IMG/VR virus record: IMGVR_UViG_3300026881_000001
Coordinates: 1 to 50,075 of that record
Strand: one strand, 5' to 3'
DNA length: 50,075 nt
DNA from: a virus
Taxonomy: Duplodnaviria; Caudoviricetes
In this document: positions 25,752 to 34,917 of the stretch, one piece after another
Layout of the letters: every line of letters begins with the position of its first letter
Position numbering within the stretch: the stretch's first letter is position 1
Program-made: the position numbers and the translations under genes
Notes under the pieces: generated by a model
The model's input: only the letters and a program-made list of their open reading frames with translations
Told to the model about the DNA's origin: nothing
The model's database searches: none

Positions 25752-26407
25752 GAAAAAGTGTACTAATCCCCCTTTGCATAATATTATTTTCTTTTCGGCT
25801 TTCTGCTCAGTCTTGCACAATAAAAGGAAATGCTTTTTATAAGTATAATGATTTTGTAGGCACTCGCCCTGATGCTGGCAGTACTGCTTATTTATTTTAT
25901 AAGCCCTCTTCCATAGTTAAACAAGCAAAATGTGATGTTATTGGCAATTTCTCATTTGATAATCTTCAACCAGGCAATTATCTATTATTGGTAGAATCAA
26001 AAAATACAACCTCTTCACCTGAAGAGATGTTTGCTATCTTAAAATATACTCCTACAAGCACCTTTTTTAATGCTGATGTGAAAGACATTTACAATACTTA
26101 TGCGGACAGCATTATTTTTTATCAAAAAAAGATTGATAGCCTTTCGACTGCTCCCTATCTTACTAACAACAAAAAAAAATTAGAACGAGATAATCTAATC
26201 AAGAAGTATAATGATGCCTACATACAATTATGCAAAAAACCATTGCAGGCTTTGAGTGAAAGAGGGAAAGATGTTTTTTTGCTATCTGATATTATTACTT
26301 CAATCCTTATAAGCTTCCCCAAAATAGAATTTAAAGAAATAACAGTAACTGATAAAACCCCTTCCTCTACAAGTAATGTTTTTGATTTTGGGATAACATA
26401 TAAGTAA
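25748..26407 (+). CDS. Exported protein with carboxypeptidase-regulatory/prealbumin-like beta domain
   Basis: Signal peptide ...LSA|Q; CDVIGNFSFDNLQPGNYLL; ATGA-coupled to cI. Confidence 0.65.
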   Translation: MRKSVLIPLCIILFSFRLSAQSCTIKGNAFYKYNDFVGTRPDAGSTAYLFYKPSSIVKQAKCDVIGNFSFDNLQPGNYLLLVESKNTTSSPEEMFAILKYTPTSTFFNADVKDIYNTYADSIIFYQKKIDSLSTAPYLTNNKKKLERDNLIKKYNDAYIQLCKKPLQALSERGKDVFLLSDIITSILISFPKIEFKEITVTDKTPSSTSNVFDFGITYK

Positions 26408-26430
26408 CCACAAGTAATTAATTTATATAA

Positions 26431-27132
26431 ATGCCTTTTGTTTTTCTAACTGGGATATTGATAGTTATTGCCTGTTACTTTCTTGCAATGGCTGGTGAGG
26501 ACCATAAAAGAAAGCAATTGCAAAAAGCTGCGTTTGAGCAGATAAAAAAACTTTATTATAAATCGTTACTTACAGAACCATCATTTGCAAAGGTTGCTAC
26601 TTATGGGCAGGAATATTACAAACTGGCTTATCCAAAGAAATCAGCAAAAGAGATATTTGCAATAATTCAAAACGATATGCTTAAAAATGTACGTTTTAAC
26701 GAGTTTACGGCTATCCTGACTGTTTTTTATACAGCGGCCTATAATCCGTACAAAGATGCTTTAAATGATAGCAGATCACTAAAAATGATTGAAATATTGA
26801 AATCATGGGGTATTCTTGTAGACAATACTAAACCAGATTTCAACGTTGCTAAAAGAACTGTGGCGATCCTTAAAGGGCAAATAGATATTTCTTATGTTTT
26901 TAGTAAAATAGAAGCAGGTAAGCATGATGCAATAGCTCTTCTCACTTCTGATATTATTTTTGCTTCAAATGATCTTGAAGATTACCAGTTTAATATTTTA
27001 AAAGGGCTTGCTGGTTTAAATGACAATATAAAAAAGACAATAGCACAATCAACTGAATACTACCAAAAAAGGTTATCTGCTATAAACATACCCTGGACTT
27101 ACACAAATGGCGAACACGTGGCCGTTTCTTAG
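26431..27132 (+). CDS. Membrane-anchored hypothetical protein in the cI operon
   Basis: 233 aa, N-terminal TM helix, AT-rich. Confidence 0.65.
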   Translation: MPFVFLTGILIVIACYFLAMAGEDHKRKQLQKAAFEQIKKLYYKSLLTEPSFAKVATYGQEYYKLAYPKKSAKEIFAIIQNDMLKNVRFNEFTAILTVFYTAAYNPYKDALNDSRSLKMIEILKSWGILVDNTKPDFNVAKRTVAILKGQIDISYVFSKIEAGKHDAIALLTSDIIFASNDLEDYQFNILKGLAGLNDNIKKTIAQSTEYYQKRLSAINIPWTYTNGEHVAVS

Positions 27133-28277
27133 GCCAATGCTTCCCAGGCTTCCTGCGTCTCCCTATCTATTTTTGCATCTGTTACCTGGCTATAATTATC
27201 TACGAAGGTTTGCAATGTAATACCCATCAGCTCGGCAGAGGTTTCACTACTTATTCGATTACCTAAACAAATTGTTACAGCAAACGTATGGCGCCCTGTA
27301 TGCGTTGTAATCTTCTTATTTATTCCCAACTTGGCTGCAATAGCTTTTAAGGCCCTATTTATAAGTATTTCAGAGATAGTAAGCGGCAAATCCTTCATTC
27401 GGCCCAAAACACGGCGCAATGGTGCTGATATTGGCATACTGACATATCCCCCATTCTTCTTAGCTCTTAATCTTATTCTATCCCCTACTATATTTTTATT
27501 GATATCGAATAAATACCAGTCACTCACCCGTAATCCTGAATATGCCCCTAGCAATAGGTAAAGAGATGCCTGTTGCTGCATCTTGCCAACAGCGTTTAAA
27601 GAATATTCTTCCCAATCGGCCAACTCTTCCATTGTTAGGTAGTCTTTATCCGGGGGCGTATATGTAGGGCTATCGTAAGATGTAAATGGATAGTTTGTTA
27701 TAATACCTCTTTTTTTGGCTGCATTAAAAAGCGCTTTTAATATTTTCCATACATCATATAGGTAATTGCTTTGTCCATGCCCTTCTTCTTCACGTAACCA
27801 TGATTCATATTTAACGAGGTAATCATGCGTTATCTCCTCAAAATTCAATTCCCTAGATCCATGATACTTTGCAAGCTTATTGAGATGCTTTCTGTAGTTT
27901 ACCAATGTGCCGGCTGCTCTCTTATGTTTCACCTCTTCCATATATTTTAGGGCAAACTCAAAAATATTGGTCATGTCTTTGCCTTGAAAAAGGGCTTTTA
28001 TGGCCGCTGCAGTAGTTTCTTTCCCTACTACCTGGTATTCAGCTATCTTTTGTATGATTTGTTGCTTTCTACTCTGTATGTCCGGGTTGAGTTGTTGGGC
28101 ATGAGGGTGCCCCGACTTAATTGTCTGGGTCTTATCATCCCAGTAGGTTTTATTGATATAATGACCTGTCGTGAGATATGAAACCTTGCCATTTACTGTG
28201 ATCTTGATATAAACAGGCATTGTATTATCTTCTCGTAGCCCTTCTTTCCAAAGCAATAGTTTGACGGCATATTTCAT
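27129..28277 (-). CDS. int: Tyrosine integrase
   Basis: N-terminal arm-binding domain; SGLRVSD, K, HTGRHTFA, late Tyr (DNYS). Confidence 0.95.
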   Translation of the reverse strand: MKYAVKLLLWKEGLREDNTMPVYIKITVNGKVSYLTTGHYINKTYWDDKTQTIKSGHPHAQQLNPDIQSRKQQIIQKIAEYQVVGKETTAAAIKALFQGKDMTNIFEFALKYMEEVKHKRAAGTLVNYRKHLNKLAKYHGSRELNFEEITHDYLVKYESWLREEEGHGQSNYLYDVWKILKALFNAAKKRGIITNYPFTSYDSPTYTPPDKDYLTMEELADWEEYSLNAVGKMQQQASLYLLLGAYSGLRVSDWYLFDINKNIVGDRIRLRAKKNGGYVSMPISAPLRRVLGRMKDLPLTISEILINRALKAIAAKLGINKKITTHTGRHTFAVTICLGNRISSETSAELMGITLQTFVDNYSQVTDAKIDRETQEAWEALA

Positions 28278-28510
28278 TAGCTAACAAATAGCTAACGAAT
28301 TTATAGCTTTTTAATCCATTAAATCACATCGAATACCATAAAATCACATTACAAGAATCAATACAGATAAGGGTTACATGAAAAAAGCCTGCAAATGCAG
28401 GCTTTTAAAGGAAGCTTTAGTGACCGCGTCAGGATTTCTATATATTGGTTAAGAAAATTGATTATCAACACAATACGATAAAAATTTAAAAAAGCTAATG
28501 CATAGCTAAT
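28278..28510. other. attP-like site with tRNA 3'-end core and arm-type repeats
   Basis: Minus-strand core AATCCTGACGCGGTCAC (28420-28436) looks like a tRNA T-arm/acceptor 3' half; (T/A)AGCTAA pairs 11 bp apart on both sides (28278/28289 and 28492/28503); AAATCACAT twice. Confidence 0.75.
28381..28406 (-). terminator. Intrinsic terminator downstream of the tRNA-like core
   Basis: aaaaaagcctgca-aa-tgcaggctttt. Confidence 0.8.
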
Positions 28511-28513
28511 AAA

Positions 28514-28774
28514 TTAGAAGGTTACCACTTTCAAAATTTCATCCTGTATCTTCTCCAAAATGCCCATATTATACCCCTGTCCTTCAATTAGCTTCCAGGT
28601 TGGCCGTTTATGCTTCAATCCTCTATTAAATAGCAATCGCCGGTTTGTCTCCAATACGATGCTTTTATTCTTGCCTTTTACCTGGTAGTGCTCAAAGGTA
28701 GAATCATACCATATCAACTTTACATTCAACTTGTACTCCTTCTGATCATTCACAATTACAATATTAAACTCCAT
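28514..28774 (-). CDS. Hypothetical protein
   Basis: 86 aa next to att site. Confidence 0.6.
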   Translation of the reverse strand: MEFNIVIVNDQKEYKLNVKLIWYDSTFEHYQVKGKNKSIVLETNRRLLFNRGLKHKRPTWKLIEGQGYNMGILEKIQDEILKVVTF

Positions 28775-28812
28775 ATTTAAAGGTAAAGAAGAAAAAAAAG
28801 AACATTAAAATG

Positions 28813-28851
28813 TTTGCTATTTGATAACTTTTATTATCTTTGAGTTATCAA
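28813..28851 (+). promoter_or_regulatory. Promoter with overlapping palindromic operator
   Basis: TTTG at 28813 and TATCTTTG at 28835-28842; perfect inverted repeat TTGATAACT (28821-28829) / AGTTATCAA (28843-28851). Confidence 0.7.
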
Positions 28852-28904
28852 AGTTCTTTGAAACACAAGCGGTAGGCTCCGCAATAGAAATGCCACTTTA
28901 TAAT

Positions 28905-29231
28905 ATGGGTTTAATTGACCAGTTGCAAGTAATTGCACAAGAAAATCCTTCAGGCTTTACAGTTAGCCTCCCAAATCTTCAATTTATAACAAGAGGTTGG
29001 GTGGTTGCTAAGAAAGAAACACAAAACAGCTTTGGGCTGGAAGGATTAAACAGAGCGTTGGAGGTCGCATTAAAAACCTCAAAAACAATAGGTGGTTGGC
29101 AAGATGAGGAACTGTTCTACTGGGATGCTGTTATGGTCTTCAACAATGAAGATGAAGCAACTCAGGCAGGTATTGAAAATGAACAGTTAGCAATCTACAA
29201 CATTGAAACCAACTATTTGAAATGGTTATAA
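28905..29231 (+). CDS. Hypothetical cargo protein (108 aa)
   Basis: ATG 28905 preferred because the track's TTG start lies inside the promoter; motifs GFT, IGGW.D, YWD, NEQLAIY. Confidence 0.65.
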   Translation: MGLIDQLQVIAQENPSGFTVSLPNLQFITRGWVVAKKETQNSFGLEGLNRALEVALKTSKTIGGWQDEELFYWDAVMVFNNEDEATQAGIENEQLAIYNIETNYLKWL

Positions 29232-29289
29232 TGTAACAATCAGGGGGAGTACTCCTCCCCCTTTTTCATCAATTTAAAAATTTTATGTC

Positions 29290-29805
29290 ATGCAAAACAA
29301 AATCGCTAACCTGGCCTTATTAGAAGCAATAGGTTTAAGCCAGGAAGAAATAAACAAGCTGGAATACGGCGCTGCTATGCATAGGCGTTATTCGAATATT
29401 TCCTTTAAAATAAAAGAGGTTACCGATAAGCAGATAATTATACAGGTAATTCAGGGCCGTACTCCGTCCAAAAACTATGCGGATAAACAACGGCTTATTG
29501 AGACAGTCCATGCACTATTTGACAAACATGCCGGTAATCGAAAAGTAATTGTACAGCCAAAGGTGTATGAAGAAACGCCAGTAAATGAAGTGGATGCTTC
29601 ATGGATAAATGACCACATGCTTACTCTTGGTACAAAATTGAAAGATATAGAGGCTGATACCGGCCTGAACAAAACGCAATTATCTGCGCTGATCAATGGC
29701 AATAAACCAATATCTCAGGTTACCAAGGCAATGTTCTTTTACTACTTTGCTTTTAAGAATAACAGCAACCTAACGCCGGGCATTACGGTTTCCCGTAAAC
29801 CATAA
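29290..29805 (+). CDS. Protein with C-terminal XRE-type HTH
   Basis: KLKDIEADTGLNKTQLSALINGNKPIS. Confidence 0.75.
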   Translation: MQNKIANLALLEAIGLSQEEINKLEYGAAMHRRYSNISFKIKEVTDKQIIIQVIQGRTPSKNYADKQRLIETVHALFDKHAGNRKVIVQPKVYEETPVNEVDASWINDHMLTLGTKLKDIEADTGLNKTQLSALINGNKPISQVTKAMFFYYFAFKNNSNLTPGITVSRKP

Positions 29806-29868
29806 TAAAAAGGCCCGGGTGGAAACCCAGGCCGTAAACCAAAACTAACTGCTTATGAAAAAAGGGGA

Positions 29869-30318
29869 TTAACCCCGAGGGAAATGAACAAATTTTATAA
29901 GTGCCGGATTTGTTGTAAGTGCATGTTCTGCAACTCTGTCGCCGTTAGAACTTGTGCCATCTTCAGAAGTGTTACCAGCAATACCTGGTGTACCCCCATC
30001 AGCGGTAACAATGCCAATGTGGTGGGCGTGATCATCTGCGTTTACGTATAAAAACAGATCATCCTTAACAGGAGTATCGGTAAGCCATCCATTCTTTTTT
30101 GCCAGATCGTAAACATCCTGGCAAGCCTGCAGGCGTGGAACCGGTGAGGCGCCCTGAAAACAAATATCCAAAACCAATGTGGCAAACTCGCAACACCAGC
30201 TATCGCCCTTGCTGCCTCCACTCCATTTTTGGATGGCTTCTACCCTTTGGCCGGTGTTCTGCCCGGCCTCTCTTATAAATAAAAATTGACGTGCAATGTC
30301 TGTTGGTGAGTACTTCAT
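29869..30318 (-). CDS. Endolysin, CHAP/NlpC-P60-type amidase
   Basis: SWCCEF catalytic Cys, HHIGIV catalytic His, GNTS; last gene of lysis cassette. Confidence 0.85.
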   Translation of the reverse strand: MKYSPTDIARQFLFIREAGQNTGQRVEAIQKWSGGSKGDSWCCEFATLVLDICFQGASPVPRLQACQDVYDLAKKNGWLTDTPVKDDLFLYVNADDHAHHIGIVTADGGTPGIAGNTSEDGTSSNGDRVAEHALTTNPALIKFVHFPRG

Positions 30319-30356
30319 AGTATTTTACTTTTTTATTTAGTGGTTATAAAATGCTT

Positions 30357-31019
30357 TTAAAATGGGATTTGTAACGCCGGGTAGTATCTCCTAATAATAA
30401 ACCGAAGATTTACCGGATCACATTTGTAACGCTCATAATCCGTATTATCAGTTATCTCATTATTGGCTAACCATGCTTCTGTAATCCCGTTGTATACAAT
30501 TACTTTCCAATAAGCGGTCGGAATTGGCACATTATTCATTTTGGATGAATCATACAAACAGCCTGTGTAAACAACAATGCTATCATGAATGGGTGCCAAT
30601 GTCTTTAATACATATTGTTCCAGCTTCTCCCAGGGGTGTTCGTTAAAAAAGCTATACTGAGGTGCGGTATTGGTATAGTACATGGATTCCCTCGCTGCGA
30701 TTGAATCAAAATAAAACGCAGAATACGGTGATAGATGCCCTTTATCAAAATGCCCATTATTCCTATACTGTTGATCATTCGCAACCTGGCACCTTGAATC
30801 TATTAACGGGTCCTGATGGAAGGCGGCAACGCTCTTACGATCAATCTTAGTAGCGGCTGTTGCGTGTGCCGTTGTTTGTACGTACCAACTAATCAGTGGC
30901 GATTTCAGGACTGTATCGAATTCAATAGTATAATAGGTATGTTTTACCTCAATGGTATGCTGGCAATTACCGGCAATAGTAAAGGCCATTAAGATGGCCA
31001 TAAACAATAAATGTTTCAT
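30357..31019 (-). CDS. Exported DNA/RNA non-specific endonuclease (NucA/EndoG-like)
   Basis: Signal peptide; DKGHLSP, SMYYTNTAPQ, FN..PW..LE, VPIPTAYWKV. Confidence 0.9.
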   Translation of the reverse strand: MKHLLFMAILMAFTIAGNCQHTIEVKHTYYTIEFDTVLKSPLISWYVQTTAHATAATKIDRKSVAAFHQDPLIDSRCQVANDQQYRNNGHFDKGHLSPYSAFYFDSIAARESMYYTNTAPQYSFFNEHPWEKLEQYVLKTLAPIHDSIVVYTGCLYDSSKMNNVPIPTAYWKVIVYNGITEAWLANNEITDNTDYERYKCDPVNLRFIIRRYYPALQIPF

Positions 31020-31021
31020 TG

Positions 31022-31648
31022 TTATGTATCGTTTTTAGGTGTTGAATATGGAAGGATTGTTTTTAATGCAGTGGCTTCCTTTTTCTTCCACCAAAAGAAT
31101 ATCCCCCCGGCCAATGCAGCTATTGCTATTACATAGAAGTACCAAGGCAACGCAATTCGATCTACCTTTTTGTTAGAAGCATCATCTTGCTTCTTCAGGG
31201 TAACTAATGTTGCCTTTTTTTTACTGGTTGTATCGGATTTCACTACATGTGTGCTATCGGCAGTCTTTACGGAACTTTTGCTTTTTGATTGTTGTTTACT
31301 GCTATCAATAGCTTTAAAGTCTTTCAACTTCCTGCCGCCGGCATCCAGAGTAAAGCCATTATCCGTTTTTGTGAATACAATGGGCTTTTCTATTGCTGTA
31401 TCTTCCCCCGCCGTATCCTGTGTGTCAAAGACAAACTCATAACCACTATACGTTGCTACTCGTTCACTTTTCTTGTTTGTACTATCAGTAGTCTTTATGC
31501 TTGTACTATCATTTTTTGCAGATGCAGTTTTTTGTAGCTTAGTCAAGCTGCTGCTATCTATACGGGAGCTTTGTGTTGAAATGTCCTTATGTACCACGCC
31601 ACAGCCGGACATAATACATAGGACAAGCAATGTGAATATTATTTTCAT
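31022..31648 (-). CDS. Putative unimolecular spanin-like lipoprotein
   Basis: N-terminal lipobox (MSGC), Ser/Thr/Lys-rich linker, C-terminal TM followed by KKK. Confidence 0.6.
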   Translation of the reverse strand: MKIIFTLLVLCIMSGCGVVHKDISTQSSRIDSSSLTKLQKTASAKNDSTSIKTTDSTNKKSERVATYSGYEFVFDTQDTAGEDTAIEKPIVFTKTDNGFTLDAGGRKLKDFKAIDSSKQQSKSKSSVKTADSTHVVKSDTTSKKKATLVTLKKQDDASNKKVDRIALPWYFYVIAIAALAGGIFFWWKKKEATALKTILPYSTPKNDT

Positions 31649-31650
31649 AA

Positions 31651-31899
31651 CTAAATATTTGGTAATGAAGGTGGATTAGGTCCAGCAGTCGGTTTTTGTT
31701 TGCTTGCTCCAAAATAGTAGCCAGCAACCCCCGCTACAAAAGAGCCTAAAACAAAGCCAATAGTAATATTGGTTATATCCTTATTCTCTTTGGGGATTTC
31801 ATGCAGGGAGATAAGAAACAGAAAGGCAAAAGAGCAAAGAGTAATAATCAATGCTAACAATTCTGTTATGTGTTCTTTTAAGGCATTTAGGAACTTCAT
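31651..31899 (-). CDS. Holin (2 TM)
   Basis: 82 aa, two TM helices, GYYFGAS motif. Confidence 0.75.
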   Translation of the reverse strand: MKFLNALKEHITELLALIITLCSFAFLFLISLHEIPKENKDITNITIGFVLGSFVAGVAGYYFGASKQKPTAGPNPPSLPNI

Positions 31900-31903
31900 A
31901 TAC

Positions 31904-32161
31904 TTAGTGTTTGGTTAAAAAATTTTGAATAAAATAGCCTATGATAATGCCAACAACAGTAAGCATAACCCATACGGCTTTATCTCTACCTTTCGTAATA
32001 TTCTTGCTAGCTTCCAGCCCTTTAACATCTCGTTGTAACTGTTCAAGCTGGCGATCATGAGTATTTACTCGGCCATTTGTTTTAGTCGTTTGCACAAGTA
32101 TTTCTTTTACGTTTTCATCAATGCTTTCTATCCTGCCAGCGAGTAGTTCCATTATATCCAT
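31904..32161 (-). CDS. Coiled-coil protein with C-terminal TM (XhlA/holin-like)
   Basis: 85 aa, QTTKTNGRV, C-terminal TM; first gene of lysis cassette. Confidence 0.6.
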   Translation of the reverse strand: MDIMELLAGRIESIDENVKEILVQTTKTNGRVNTHDRQLEQLQRDVKGLEASKNITKGRDKAVWVMLTVVGIIIGYFIQNFLTKH

Positions 32162-32195
32162 TATCAGTTATGTTAAAGGGTTGAAAAATATTTTA

Positions 32196-32555
32196 CTACC
32201 GTAGCTTATACCATTTATTACTAGCTACGCTATACATATATGCAGCACTCCCGCCGGAAGCCAAAGAAGTAATAAGATTTACTACTGTGCCTACAACTGC
32301 GGTAATGGTTACCGTTGTTACCCCACCACTTGAACAAAAGGTTACTATTTGCCCATCCAATGGGTTGGTAGGAAGTGCCAGAGTAAGAGATACCGTTAAT
32401 CCAGCATCATGGATCACCGCAACGTTTTGTTGTGTATTAATTACAGTTACGGTTCCAGAGGTGGCAGTAGTTATTTGAACGACTGGCGTTGTTTGCGCGA
32501 ACGATGTAGCACATAATGCAACTGCTGAGATTAAGAGGATAAAGCCCTTTTTCAT
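32196..32555 (-). CDS. Signal-peptide beta protein resembling a tail-fibre distal domain
   Basis: ...ATSFA|Q; SLTLALPTNPLDGQIV...NKWY parallels the C-terminus of the upstream fibre. Confidence 0.6.
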   Translation of the reverse strand: MKKGFILLISAVALCATSFAQTTPVVQITTATSGTVTVINTQQNVAVIHDAGLTVSLTLALPTNPLDGQIVTFCSSGGVTTVTITAVVGTVVNLITSLASGGSAAYMYSVASNKWYKLR

Positions 32556-32558
32556 ACT

Positions 32559-34916
32559 TTAAAAGTTTGCGATTATATCCCAGGTACTGCCATTAGACTG
32601 AACAGAAGTGCCTGAAAATTGTGTTGAATAAATTTTGCTTGAAACCCCGTCGATAGATCCGGACACAGTAACCGTATTTGCTGAAGCGTCTATTTTCTTA
32701 ATAACATATACTCTCCCCGGGCATGTACTGGCCGTTGGAAGTGTTGCAGTAATGCTACCACTACTTGCATCTATCCTCACTGTATGATCTGCTGCAGTAA
32801 GTGTATAATTGGCGGTTTTAGTAACGAAAGAAAATGCAACTGAGCCGCCTACTTCTAATGTTGATGTGGGAGATTTATACGAGGTATCTTTACCAATTAC
32901 TGTACTGCCGCTTTTGGTATTAAAATATACATGTCCATTTTCATTTGTATAATCCAGGCTCAGGCCACCTGTTACAATAGAACCCACTTTAATGGTTGCT
33001 CCGGTTCCTCCTCCAAAAGCCGCCAATGTTAGAGTATCCCCTACTTGATAACCATTATTTTTATTATTACCTGAAGGTCCGGCAGCAGTAACTACACCCG
33101 CTGCTGAAACCGTAACATTAACATTATCTACGAAAGTTCCATGCCCCCCTGAAAACCCAACCTGATACACCCCTTGAGTATATCCACTACCAGGGTTTAA
33201 TACTGTATAAGCAGTAGGTATACCAGACCTATAAGTGGTATTAACATGTAGGCCACCGTAAGAGATATTACTATTAGCTGTAGGATATGCAGTACCAGAT
33301 ATACGCATGGCTTCTAAAATCCCTGAAGCATTAGGCGTATAATTAGCTGCACTTCCTATGGTAAAAAGTATAGGAGTAGATGATGTTGTGGTTACACTTT
33401 GTCCAAAAGACGCAATGTTAAAAGAGTTGAACGCACGTCGTACGTACATTCCTGCAGATACAGATACGCCAAAAGCTTCAGCGCCAGCGCCACCACCATT
33501 ATTATCAAAGAAACCCAAGTTAGCTGTGTTTCCGAAATTAGTATATCCTACGCCCCCCGCGAACTGGCCGTTAACCATAAAAGATATGAAATTGCCGCCA
33601 CTTTGTTGGCCAGACATGCCACTATTATTAGGCTTAACCAGGCTTATAGATACAGCAGCAGAAGAGCTATTTTGTATACCTACAGTTGCGAATACACTTT
33701 GATATTGTGGGCCTGCCCACACAAAGCCGCTACCTGATCCACCTAAGAAAGAATTATTTGCCGTTAAATTACCGCCCCACCAAGTATACCCGCTACCTGA
33801 AGCTGTGACCTGTACAGATGAAACACGGCCACTTACTACTGTTATAGTGAATAAAGCACCTAAGCCGGTGTTACCTGTCATAACAACATTATTGTACACG
33901 CCATCTACATAACCTGTACCTGGTGTAATTGTAGAGTTGCCACTATTTAGATAAGTCAATAACGCTAAGCCATCTGTCACACGTACATCATGTACAATCT
34001 CTAACCCGCGTATAGTCTGATTAGTTGACCCTAAATTGAATATGTTGAAAAACTGATAGGCACTAGCCGTGTCATTAGCCGTAGCACGCATGTTAAGCGT
34101 ATGTAAAAACACGTTAGGCTTATACATGTTACTATTAGTAGTGCTTGTAACAGTCTGGTTAATATAGCCGTTAAACTGTGTATTACTGGACCATGTTTTA
34201 TTTCCAGCGGCAGTTTGGTTCGTGGTTAAGTCCACCCAATTTTGCGTACTACTTCCAGTTCCACCCCCGCCTATTGGAATAACTGCATCATAATTTTGCG
34301 ATGTGCCAGACATCCGCAAATAGCCTGTCCCGAACAATTGCGACTGATATGCCGGAACATTCAAAGCACCAGTTGTTGAGTTATAAGTAGCTAACCCACT
34401 TGTGCCGGTTGTGGTTAAGCTAATCGCCGATCTGGCGCGAGCATTGGTAAAGTATAAATTGATGCTACCTTCCGCAAGATTGTCCGTTGTTTTTGTTGCC
34501 AATCTTGTATCGAAGAGGGTTAGGAAACGTGTAGGCGTTACGTATGCTGTTAGGCTATCACGGAGCCTCAGCGTAGTCATAATACTATCCTTTACATCTC
34601 CAGAAGTGGCATACGTTACTATGAATGAACCTTTTTTATATGCAAACCAAGTTCTAACTCCACTTGTAGTATCCATTAATATATAACTACTATCACGTTG
34701 CCTTACGTAAACCTCCATACCAATGGTTAATTGCCAACTGGGAATGCTATCTCTTTCGGTAATTCTGGTGAGTGGCCAATATCCAGTTTGAGCTTTCCCA
34801 AACCTGGTAATAAAGTAATTCCCAGTTGGCCCCAAACTTCCATCAGGCTGAAATGCCCCCTGGCCAAAGGATGCTACCGAAAATAAAAGGGAAAATATAA
34901 GAAGAAGCTTTTTCAT
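32559..34916 (-). CDS. Tail fibre/receptor-binding-like protein with Sec signal peptide
   Basis: 785 aa, Gly/Ser/Thr-rich; TDNLAEGSINLYFTNARAR; GSGYT repeats; C-terminal ITATLPTA...GRVYVIKKID; N-terminal ...ASFG|Q. Confidence 0.7.
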   Translation of the reverse strand: MKKLLLIFSLLFSVASFGQGAFQPDGSLGPTGNYFITRFGKAQTGYWPLTRITERDSIPSWQLTIGMEVYVRQRDSSYILMDTTSGVRTWFAYKKGSFIVTYATSGDVKDSIMTTLRLRDSLTAYVTPTRFLTLFDTRLATKTTDNLAEGSINLYFTNARARSAISLTTTGTSGLATYNSTTGALNVPAYQSQLFGTGYLRMSGTSQNYDAVIPIGGGGTGSSTQNWVDLTTNQTAAGNKTWSSNTQFNGYINQTVTSTTNSNMYKPNVFLHTLNMRATANDTASAYQFFNIFNLGSTNQTIRGLEIVHDVRVTDGLALLTYLNSGNSTITPGTGYVDGVYNNVVMTGNTGLGALFTITVVSGRVSSVQVTASGSGYTWWGGNLTANNSFLGGSGSGFVWAGPQYQSVFATVGIQNSSSAAVSISLVKPNNSGMSGQQSGGNFISFMVNGQFAGGVGYTNFGNTANLGFFDNNGGGAGAEAFGVSVSAGMYVRRAFNSFNIASFGQSVTTTSSTPILFTIGSAANYTPNASGILEAMRISGTAYPTANSNISYGGLHVNTTYRSGIPTAYTVLNPGSGYTQGVYQVGFSGGHGTFVDNVNVTVSAAGVVTAAGPSGNNKNNGYQVGDTLTLAAFGGGTGATIKVGSIVTGGLSLDYTNENGHVYFNTKSGSTVIGKDTSYKSPTSTLEVGGSVAFSFVTKTANYTLTAADHTVRIDASSGSITATLPTASTCPGRVYVIKKIDASANTVTVSGSIDGVSSKIYSTQFSGTSVQSNGSTWDIIANF

Positions 34917-34917
34917 A

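Noticed and set aside
28400-28500. Complete tRNA gene
   Set aside because: Only about 17 nt of the 3' end is present; upstream sequence is AT-rich with no D-arm or anticodon arm, so it is treated as an att core
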